DNA of 64,000 bases from Dendrobates tinctorius (taxonomy: Eukaryota). The notes under the pieces are model-generated. The model was not told the origin of the DNA and made no database searches. It saw nothing but the letters and a program-made list of their open reading frames with translations. A program made the position numbers and the translations under genes. Positions 33,290 to 43,719 of this stretch are shown in pieces; the stretch's first letter is position 1; every line of letters starts with the position of its first letter. The DNA lies in NCBI RefSeq assembly GCF_039654945.1, contig NW_027361728.1:24800001-24864000 (forward strand). Reading direction: 5' to 3'.

Positions 33290-36159
33290 GCCAGGTGTCA
33301 GCTGATTCTTACCCAGGCACTCAGTCCCAGGAGTGGTCCCGCACTGCTCCTGGCACTTCAACCCCCCCTAAATACTGCAGTCGAGCTTAATGCTCACCTC
33401 ACATAAACACAGCACTCGGTATCCTCCAGATCGCAGCCGGGAAAAAATATCCTCTGGATTGCAGTCGATAAACAGGCCAGTCCACCTCCAGATCGCAGCC
33501 GTGCACTGGACCGTCTACCTCCGGTTCACAGCTGGGCACAAAGATAGTTCATCTCCGAGACCTGTCGCCATTGGGGACTGCACCGCCTTGTAAGCTGTGG
33601 GTGCCAGGCCTTTCAGCTCCCTTGGCTGTTGCCTCTGCTTGCCTATGTTGCCTCAAACACGTGGAGCTCTGCGTAGCCTTCTGCTCTGCACTCTTGCAAA
33701 CACCAAACTAACCCTGACACACCCAAACCCTTTACTGCAGGGCTTTTAACTGGAACCTGTGGCCATGGTGCACATGGAAAACCCGGACCAGGAAAGAAAT
33801 AGACTGCACCACTGCAATCCTGTAGTCTGTTTCAAAACACAAAAGCCCTGAGCAGGTTTTCCCTAAATCTGCCCTGGACAAATAGCATGTCCAAGACCTA
33901 TGCTCACTTTTATTCTGCATTGCAATCACAGCTACGCCTGTGACAGTGGTGCACTCCCATGGCCTCAATGCGCCTCCATGCGCATCCTAGGGGGAACACA
34001 CAGCGACCCTTACATGTGACACCGTGGGCGCATGACAGGACATCCACATGACCCTGCGTAACCCCCACCCGACGCTGTACTGAGAAACCAAAGTAGGGAC
34101 TGGAACCATCGGTTGACACAAGCATCCCTCCCCTTTGTGTTTCTCCTCCATACTTCGTTATGTGACCAACCACCTCCCCGTTCTTCGATGCAGACAACGT
34201 GCCCCCTTTCCTTACTGACAGTAGAGTTGGGCCAGTTTCGGGTGGCCTCGACCCAGTTTATTTGGGGTTCACTATCCCCGCAGCTCATCCCGTAACCTAA
34301 GTACCTGCCTTCGGGCACTTGGTACCATTTCCTCCGTACCCTTACCCGTGCCTCAGTGACTACGTCCCGCCGAAACACCAAGGTTGGCCCTGGCAACTCC
34401 AGGCATACATCCGTACTACTTTGCACCCCCCGAGCCCACCACCGACATTGTCGGTGCCAGAAGGTTCCTCGAAAAATATTCGGAATTGAGAGTCCTCAGT
34501 GGTTGATACCTTTTAATGGCTAACTGAAAAGATGGTAACAAATTGCAAGCTTTCGAGACTACTCAGGTCTCTTCATCAGGCACTGACTAATACAAAATCT
34601 GAAGAATCACATTTATGCACAACACAGCACAGAAAAAATGCATATGTCCCTAGTCGCCTCCACAACCACACACTCCCGGTTGCTCCAGGCTTTCTTTTTA
34701 TTTGCGCGTTTCTGCGTGGGTCACTGGAACTTGACTGTCCTGAACTTACCAGGCGACATTTCCAGCTCGGGGTTCATTGGGGTCTCCATAACCTCTCGTG
34801 CCAATACCTGTAGAGGAAGCCTATCAGGGGTTACACTCTGTCCCTAGATTGGCAACCCCTATGGCAGGTTTCCCTGACTCGAGATGTTCGGGGTCTGCGC
34901 CCGTAACAACTATTACCTTGGGAGGGGTAACCCTGATCTCCCACAGGGACCAGAACAGGGGCAAGTCTCTTCTCAACACAGTCCCATATGGAAGAGACTT
35001 CACCACTCCCACTGCATGTTTAATGTCTCCGCATTGTGTGGAAAAATTAACCTCCGCAGTCTGGTACTCCCGAAGTTTCCCATGTATACCCATCACCTCC
35101 ACTTTCCGTCCTTTGGGGTTGTCCCTGGCAACAAGGTCCCATGGACCAAAGTCACTCTGCTCCCTGAGTCCAGGAGAGCATCCATTTGGCACCCGTTGAC
35201 GAGTACCCGGCACAGCGGCAGTTTGCCGCTGGCAGTGCCTGTAGTGGCGGTACAGACCGGCTGGGCATACATAGACACACTGCAAGTAACCCTGCAGTCC
35301 ATGGGTTCAGATATCAGGGGGCAGTTGGCAGCCACATGTCTGGGCCCTCGGCAACGCCAACACTTAATCACTGTGACGCGACTATACCTTGGAGCCGCTT
35401 AAGGGGAAAGGGAACTTTTGTCACCCTCACTTCGGGTTAGTCCCTCATCACGTGCTCGGTCCTGCTTAGCCCCAACAGTGGTTTGTGGACTTTTCCCGTG
35501 CTCCTGTACAAAGTCCTGAGTGACTGTATACTGCTCAATCAATACTATCAGCTGGTCCAGAGTGCCCCACTCAACGCTGCATGGCAGCTGGCAGAGCCCT
35601 CACCAGCAGTTCGACCACCGCCCTCTATAAAATCTGGGCCAGGGTCAAAGTCTCATGCTGGTGCCATTCCTCCACCAAGTGCAAAAGGTCATACGTCTAA
35701 GACCTGGCAGGATGAGTCTGCAAAGGACCACTGGTACACCCTCTGATCGCCCCTTACCTTTGAAGTCTTTCCTCGACACCGCTGATCACCCCTCACATTA
35801 CACGTCTCCTCTCGCAGGGCCACAACCTGCTGCAACTGCAGTGCCTCTGGCTGCTGTTGCTGGAACTTCAGCACCTCTTGCTGCTGTTGCTGGAACTGCT
35901 GCACCTCTTGCTGCTGCTGTTGAAACCGCAGCATCTCTTGCTGCGGCTGCTGCACCAGCAGCTCCTACTGCTATCGAACGAGGACCATCTGTTTCAAAAG
36001 CTCCTCCATTTTTCCAGCCGACTTGCTCACCGACATGCAGCATGCTTTGGGGTATGCCTCAGTTCACACTGCCCGCATTCTCCACTATATGTAGTGCAGC
36101 GGTATCCACGCTGTGCAGTGATGAGGCAGTGACCCCGCAAAGTTACAAAAGAAGTCTTT
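33290..36159 (-). mobile_element. Gypsy (Gmr1-like, SCAN-bearing) LTR retrotransposon remnant
   Basis: PBS TaGTGGAGAATGCGGGC (36071-36087, tRNA-Ala type) next to LTR end at 36090; poly-Q gag; zinc knuckle CWRCRGPRHVAANC; protease ALLDSGSRVTLV; RT tail RYLGY...PQIN.VEA..NWP; left boundary approximate. Confidence 0.85.
34544..34582 (-). ncRNA. Minimal hammerhead ribozyme in a Penelope pLTR fragment (~34488-34640)
   Basis: TGC-CTGATGA-A-GAGAC[ctgagta]GTCTC-GAAAGCTT-GCA; perfect 5-bp stem II, palindromic AAGCTT stem III. Confidence 0.7.
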
Positions 36160-36333
36160 TTAACCCATTTCCAATGTTGGGCATAATAGTACGCCCTTGT
36201 TGGACACCCTCCGTTTTATGTGGGCTCTGGCGGTGAGCCTACATCTTTCCTGGGACATCTGTTTTTTGAACAGCTGACATGTCCCAGGAAATAAATATAC
36301 ATATATATAAATATAAATAAATATATATATATA

Positions 36334-37333
36334 CCGGGTGAGTCATAAAGGACGGATGTATTTGAAGTGGCTATAACTCACCACCAGGTGGAGGTAGAGA
36401 TGTGTGGGAGGCGGGGTTATGTTTGTGAGGTGAAAGCATTGTTTTTATTTTAGTTTCAGTTTAAGCTATGGTGCCGTGGACGATAGAACATCGCGTTTTT
36501 GCGTACGACAGTTTTGTCAAGAATAATGAGTGTATCACAGCCGTTCAGCGTGAGTTTCGGCGTCATTTCAATATTCACAGAAATCAAGCTGTTCCCGCTC
36601 GTAACACTATCCTACGTTGGGTTGAAGCACTCCGTACACGAGGTACACTAATGAACAAACGACCACCGGGGGCTCCACGAACGGCACGTACCGCTGCACA
36701 GCCCTAAGGTAACGGTGTGGTGCGCTATGGGCAAATATGGCGTGATCGGTCCGTACTTTTTCGAAGGCGATAATGGCAATACTGTTACCGTGAACTCACA
36801 ACGTTATATCGCCATGATAAATAACTTCTTTGTTCCTGAGTTACGACGGCAACATATCCCCATCTCTAGTGTGTGGTTTCAACAAGATGGGGCAACGGCC
36901 CACACAGCCGGAGCAACAATGAACGTTCTTCGCCCTCTCTTCCCTGGTTGCATCATTTCCAGGTTTGGCGATATTAATTGGCCTCCTAGGTCCCCAGACC
37001 TGTCCATGTGCGATTATTACTTATGGGGTCACCTCAAATCATGTGTATACAAGCTTAAGCCTCGATCATTACAAGAACTGAAGGAAGCTATTCGAGTGGA
37101 AGTTGCCCAAATCGACAGAGTTGTGTTGGAACGTGTTGATGCCAACTTCCAAGAACGCCTTTGGAAATGCATCACTGATAATGGCCACCACATGGCAGAT
37201 GTTGTTTTCCACACTTGAATTTGTCAAATGCTATTAGTATACGTAACCAAATCTGTGAATACATTTATATTTAATAAATATTTAACGATTTTATGATTAG
37301 TTTAAAAACGTCCGTCCTTTATGACTCACCCGG
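36334..37333 (+). mobile_element. DD41D (rosa/Visitor) Tc1/mariner element with an internal deletion
   Basis: 26-bp TIR CCGGGTGAGTCATAAAGGACGGAYGT, TA TSD; DUF4817-like N-terminus (36468-36690); 41 residues between the QQD aspartate and the SPDLSMCD aspartate; first catalytic D deleted near 36690. Confidence 0.9.
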
Positions 37334-37407
37334 TATATATATATATATATATATATATGTGTATATATTATACATACATACACATATATTGTACCCATAA
37401 ATAAATA

Positions 37408-38975
37408 CACTGTTTTCCAAATTATTATGCAAAAAATATTTCATCATATTTTCTCTAAATTATCTATATGAATTGCAGTCATTGTTATTTTCCAGTCATC
37501 TAATATTCTAGTATAATTGCAATGTTTTTGAACAAACTGCCTATGAAATCAGTATATTTTTAAAAATAAGAAACACTCAAAATGCATGTTCCAAATTATT
37601 ATGCACAGCAGAGTTTAACATTTTTATTTTTATTTTGAACAAAAAAATGGTCAATTGTGAAATTATAAGCATTATCAGCTTATTACAAAATGAAATCAAA
37701 CAGTTTTCAAGTCAAAACTTTATTCTAGGTGATGTTACATTTGCACATAGGACCCCTTGTTCGAAAGAAGCTTCTGAACTCTCTCGTCCATTGAATTTGT
37801 CAGTTTTTGGATGGTTTGTGCTTCAATTGTTTTGCATGTGGACAGAATACCCTCCCAGAGCTGTTGCTTAGATGTGAACTGCCTCCCGCCATCATAGACA
37901 CTCCTTTTGATGATGCTCCAGAGGTTCTCAATGGGGTTGAGGTCAGGGGAAGATGGTGGCCACACCATAAGTTTGTCCTCTTTTATGCCCATAGCAGCCA
38001 GAGATGCAGATGTGTTATTTGCAGCATGAGACGGTGCATTATCATGCATGAAAATGATCTTACTGGGGAATGCACGGTTCTTCCTCTTGAACCATGGCAG
38101 GTAGTGCTGTTTTAGAAACTCCACATAGATTATGGAGATCATCTTTACCCCTTCAGGGATCCTAAAGGGGCCGATAATATCTCTCCCCATGATTCCAGCC
38201 CAAAACATTACTCCACCTCCTCCTTGTTGGCGCCTTAGCCGTGTTTTCATGGGGTGTCCATCAACCAGCCATCCTCCACTCCATCCATCTGGGCCATGGA
38301 GCGTTGCACGGCACTCATCGGTGAACAAAACAGTTTGGAAGTCAGTCTTCATGTATCGTTTGGCCCACTGGAGCCGTTTCTGCTTGTGTGCAGTGGATAG
38401 AGGTGGTCGACAGGATGGCTTCCGCACAGCTGCAAACCTCTGAAGGACCCTGCATCTTGTTGTTCGGGGGACGTTGGAGGCACCAGCATCTTCAAAAACT
38501 TGTCTGCTGCTATGACAAGGCATTTTTGCAGCTGCTCTTTTAACCTGACGCAATTGCCTGTTGGAAAGAGTCCTCAATTTTTCCTTATCAGCACGCACAC
38601 GTGTGTGCTGGGAATCAGCTACATACTTCTTGATTGTGCGATGATCACGATGAAGCGTCTTGGCAATGTTGATTGTAGTCATGCCTTGACCTAAATACTC
38701 CACAATTTGTTGCTTCTCAGCAGCCGACACATCCTTTTTCTTTCCCATTTTGGCAAAAAATGTAGGCTGCTTAATAATGTGGAGCAGCCTTCTTAAGTAG
38801 TCTTGCCTTTATTTGTACACACCTGCCAAACTAATTTGCACAGGTATCTGCAATTGCTTTCAGTGATATAAAGAGCCCTGACACACATCACCATCAATGA
38901 GTTTAAATGACAAACAAAAAAATTCTAACCTTATCACTCCTAAACTCTTTTTGCATAATAATTTGGAACACAGTT
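37408..38975 (-). mobile_element. DD37E (TRT) Tc1-like element, full length
   Basis: TIR CACTGTTTTCCAAATTATTATGCAAAAA / TTTTTGCATAATAATTTGGAACACAGT; TA flanks. Confidence 0.92.
37735..38748 (-). CDS. Intact 337-aa DD37E transposase
   Basis: N-terminal HTH, FTDE, MHDNAPSH, 37-residue spacer to SPDLNPIE; no stops or frameshifts. Confidence 0.92.
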   Translation of the reverse strand: MGKKKDVSAAEKQQIVEYLGQGMTTINIAKTLHRDHRTIKKYVADSQHTRVRADKEKLRTLSNRQLRQVKRAAAKMPCHSSRQVFEDAGASNVPRTTRCRVLQRFAAVRKPSCRPPLSTAHKQKRLQWAKRYMKTDFQTVLFTDECRATLHGPDGWSGGWLVDGHPMKTRLRRQQGGGGVMFWAGIMGRDIIGPFRIPEGVKMISIIYVEFLKQHYLPWFKRKNRAFPSKIIFMHDNAPSHAANNTSASLAAMGIKEDKLMVWPPSSPDLNPIENLWSIIKRSVYDGGRQFTSKQQLWEGILSTCKTIEAQTIQKLTNSMDERVQKLLSNKGSYVQM

Positions 38976-40542
38976 TATTTAAATGGAAAAAAAATGTAGA
39001 AACAATCAAAGTACACGTATTTGGTATCGCCGAATCCGAAACGACCCGACCCATAAAACTGTCCCACTAGTGAACCCCTTTGGTGAACGCCGTTAAAAAT
39101 AAATGAATAAATACAAGGCAAAAAAACAATGCTCCATTTCATACCGCCGAACAAAAAGATGAATAAAACGCAATAAAAAACAAATATAAATAAACATGGC
39201 ACCGCTGAAAACGTCATCTTGTCCCACAAAAAACAAGCCGCCATACAGCGCCAAAAAGTTATAGCTCTCAGAATAAAGCGATGCAAAAATAATTATATTT
39301 CTATAAAAGTTTTTATTGTGTAAAAGCGCCAAAATATTAAATATTAAAAAATGTGGTATCACTGTAATCGTACTGACCCGAAGTATAAAACTACCTTTTC
39401 AATTTTACCACACGCGGAACAAAACCTCCCCCCCAAAAAATCTGAATTGCTGGCTTTTGTTCATTCTACCTCCCAGAAATTGGAATAGAAGGTGATTTAA
39501 AAAAAATTGCCATGTGCCTGAAAATGGTACCAATAAAAATGTCAACCCGTCCCACAAGAAAACAATCCACCACATGACTCTGACAGACTAAATATGGAAA
39601 AGTTATACCTCCCGAAATATGGTGATGCAAAAATTAATTTTTGCAATTAAAAGTGTCTTTTAGTGTGTGACAGCTGCCAAACATAAAAACCTGATATATT
39701 AATCTAATATCACTATAATCGCACCGACCCAAAGAATAAAGTTGCCTAATCACTTAAACCGGACGAGGAACAGAATAAAAAATAAACAATGCTTCACCTG
39801 CTGTTGATTTGTTTATTCTGCTTCCCAAAGATTGCAGTAAGGCTATGCTCACATATATCCTGTGCTCTATGCTGCTCACTTACACCGGGGTTTCTATGTA
39901 AATATCTGAAATATGTGATTCAGATGGAAACCCCCGCAACTCCCTATAATGAGGTAGATGGAGGCCTATGATCCGGCAGTGTATATCTTTTTAGGTGTGT
40001 GTAAAAGCGCCACAGTTTTGTGTACTTCTGAAAAGGTTTATGCAAGTTTTTAAAGAATTGAATAAACTACTGCTTTTATTCACTCCATAAGTGGATTTTT
40101 CGTCGCTGGAGCACATTTCTTTCTTCTTTGCTAAAACAATTAATGGTAACAATGTAATTTATTCTTTCACGGCTCAATGGTGTAAAATTCTGTGAGTCAC
40201 ATGTGGTGTCAATATGATCACTGCACCCCTAGATTAATTCATTGGGGATTATACTGTCCTCATACACGTTAGCAGGGTGTGCAATGAGACACGTACAGTT
40301 GTGGCCAAAAGTATTGACACCCCTGCAATTCTGTCAGATAATACTCAGTTTCTTCCTGAAAATTATTTCAAACACAAATTCTTTGGTATTATTATCTTCA
40401 TTTAATTTGTCTTAAACGAAAAAACACAAAAGAGAATGAAGCAAAAAGCAAAACATTGATCATTTCACACAAAACTCCAAAAATGGGCCAGACAAAAGTA
40501 TTGGCACCCTCAGCCTAATACTTGGTTGCAGCCAGGCTTTAG

Positions 40543-40764
<222 letters not shown>

Positions 40765-40937
40765 TGAGAAAGCTGGGTCTCCCTCAGAGGTCATGGGTCT
40801 TCCAGCAGGACAATGACCCAAAACACACTTCAAAAAGCACTAGAAAATGGTTTGAGAGAAAGCACTGGAGACTTCTAAGGTGGCCAGCAATGAGCCCAGT
40901 CCTGAATCCCATAGAACACCTGTGGAGAGATCTAAAA

Positions 40938-42381
40938 TTCTTGGAGAACAGGAGAAGTGCCAGAAGACTTTAGAAGAGCAAATGTTGTTCCTATCTTCAA
41001 AAAGGGGAAGAAGGTGGACCCAGGCAACTATAGGCCGGTGAGTCTGACTTCTATACCAGGAAAGATCTTTGAACAAATTATTAAACAACATGTATGTCAA
41101 TACCTGGATAAGAATGAAGTGATTAAACAGAGTCAGCATGGGTTTGTAACTAATAAGTCATGTCAGACTAACTTAATTTCCTTCTATGACGGTATCACTG
41201 ATTGGGTGGATCAAGGAAATGCTGTAGACATAGTATATCTTGACTTCAGCAAAGCATTTGACAAAGTCTCTCATACAATCCTTATTGAAAAAATGACTAA
41301 GTATGGAATGGACAAGGCAACTGTTAGGTGGATTCATAACTGGCTTAGTGATCGGACCCAAAGAGTGGTCGTAAATGGCTGCACATCTAGTTGGAAGAAT
41401 GTCTCAAGTGGGGTACCACAGGGCTCTGTCCTGGGCCCTGTATTGTTCAACATCTTTATCAACGATTTAGATGAAGGAATTGAGGGTAAACTGATTAAAT
41501 TTGCTGATGACACAAAGCTAGGAGGGATAGCTAATACTAGAGAAGAGAGAGAGAGGATTCAAAAAGATTTAAATAAACTGGAGAAGTGGGCAGCAACTAA
41601 CAGAATGGTTTTTAACAGGGAGAAATGCAAAGTACTACATCTGGGCAATAAAAATGAAAAAAGCATATATAGAATGGGAGGAATAGGGCTAAGTGACAGC
41701 ACATGTGAAAAAGACTTGGGTATACTAATAGATCACAGACTGAATATGAGTCAACAGTGTGATGCAGCAGCAAAAAAGGCAAATGCAATTCTAGGATGTA
41801 TTAACAGAAGCATACAGTCTAGATCACGTGAAGTCATTATTTCCCTCTACTCCTCTTTGGTCAGACCTCATCTGGAATATTGTGTCCAGTTTTGGGCACC
41901 ACATTTTAAAAAAGACATCAACAAACTGGAGCAAGTTCAGAAAAGAGCGACCAGAATGGTGACCGGTCTGCAAACCCTGTCTTATGAGGAAAGGTTGCAG
42001 GATTTGGGAATGTTTAGTTTGCAAAAGAGAAGACTGAGAGGAGACTTAATAGCTGTCTACAAATATCTAAAGGGCTGTCACATTGTAGAAGGATCAACTT
42101 TATTCTCATTTGCACAAGGAAAGACTAGAAGCAATGGGATGAAACTGAATGGGAGGAGACACAGATTAGATATTAGAAAAAACTTTTTGACAGTTAGAGT
42201 GATCAATGAGTGGAACAGGCTGCCACGAGAAGTGGTGAGTTCTCCTTCAATGGAAGTCTTCAAACAGAGGCTGGACAGACATCTGACTGGGATGATTTAG
42301 CGAATCCTGCTTTGAGCAGGGGGGTTGGACCAGATGGCCCAGGAGGTCCCTTTTAACTCTACGATTCTATGATTCTATGAT
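40938..42381 (+). mobile_element. 5'-truncated CR1 LINE
   Basis: (ATTCTATG)n tail; TCTAAAA duplication; open RT frame. Confidence 0.95.
40957..42300 (+). CDS. CR1 ORF2 fragment (reverse transcriptase, no endonuclease)
   Basis: NYRPVSLTS, YLDFSKAFD, GVPQGSVLGP, FADD, LVRPHLEY; 447 codons open. Confidence 0.9.
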   Translation: MPEDFRRANVVPIFKKGKKVDPGNYRPVSLTSIPGKIFEQIIKQHVCQYLDKNEVIKQSQHGFVTNKSCQTNLISFYDGITDWVDQGNAVDIVYLDFSKAFDKVSHTILIEKMTKYGMDKATVRWIHNWLSDRTQRVVVNGCTSSWKNVSSGVPQGSVLGPVLFNIFINDLDEGIEGKLIKFADDTKLGGIANTREERERIQKDLNKLEKWAATNRMVFNREKCKVLHLGNKNEKSIYRMGGIGLSDSTCEKDLGILIDHRLNMSQQCDAAAKKANAILGCINRSIQSRSREVIISLYSSLVRPHLEYCVQFWAPHFKKDINKLEQVQKRATRMVTGLQTLSYEERLQDLGMFSLQKRRLRGDLIAVYKYLKGCHIVEGSTLFSFAQGKTRSNGMKLNGRRHRLDIRKNFLTVRVINEWNRLPREVVSSPSMEVFKQRLDRHLTGMI

Positions 42382-43719
42382 TCTAAAAATGGCAGTTTGG
42401 AGAAGGTACCCTTCAAATATGAGGGACCTGGAGCAGTTTGCCAAAGAAGAATGGTCTAAAATTCCAGCAGAGCATTGTAAGAAACTCATTGATGGTTACC
42501 GGAAGCGGTTGGTCGCAGTTATTTTGGCTAAAGGTTGTGCAACCCAGTATTAGGCTGATGGTGCCAATACTTTTCTCTGGCCCATTTTTGGAGTTGTGTG
42601 TGAAATGATCAATGTTTTGCTTTTTGCTTCATTCTCTTTTGTGTTTTTTCGTTTAAGACAAATTAAATGAAGATAATAATACCAAAGAATTTGTGTTTGA
42701 AATCATTTTCAGGAAGAAACTGAGTATTATCTGACAGAATTGCAGGGGTGTCAATACTTTTGGCCACAACTGTAGCTAAACCCCCTGTCTTCTTTAAGAA
42801 AAGAGGCTGTAAAATTGTAACCTTCTTTTATTGATTGCAGATGTGACAGGAAAGGGTGAAGCTATAGGATGCAATAGCAGGATTATTTCAGAATATATAA
42901 CTGCACAGAGCTTAAAATACAGATAGTCTGCAATACACAGTAACATGAGGTAATGCATAGGTTCCATGAGGTAATACATAGGTTCCATGAGGTAATACAT
43001 AGGTAACATGAGGTAATACATAGGTACCATGAGGTAATACATAGCTGATGATTACCTATTTAATACAACAAACGTTATAAGCACAGGATTATAACACCTA
43101 CTGTAGATAGTGCTTACCAACTATGCTTAGAGCAGGCTGTTTAAGAAGCATGAAGAACATGAATGGTGTAGTTTGTCCTAAGACACATGGAGGAATAATG
43201 GCTGCTGTTCCCCTCACAGTATCATAAACAAGACTATGATGTAACAGGAACAATCCCACAATACATTGCAAATTAAGCTAGAATCTATGCATTAAACGGC
43301 CAGCAGGTGGTGCTGTTACCTTACAGTATGAAATATATGAAGGATTAATACACACAAAAATACCATGTCTGTAATAATCGAAGACAAAAAAATGACTAGA
43401 CCTTCTAGACAGCAATTATATGGCTGGACAGAACACTCCCCGCTTGACGTCAGCCGACGTCACTATTGTGTTTATTGGACGAGAACAGCAGAACGAATTC
43501 CCCTACTGGCCTGAGGAACAATTTGGTCTCGCCTTGTTTTCCTATTTTTACTTCCACCTTACGTACGATTCCATCCTTACTTGGGAATGTCTGGGTAATG
43601 AGACCTAATGGCCATTCATTTCTTCGAGACTGACAGTCTTTCATTAGTACTATATCGCCAGGCTGGAGGTTAGGCTTGCTGGTTTGCCACTTTCTCCTCT
43701 GTTGCAGAGTAGGCAGGTA

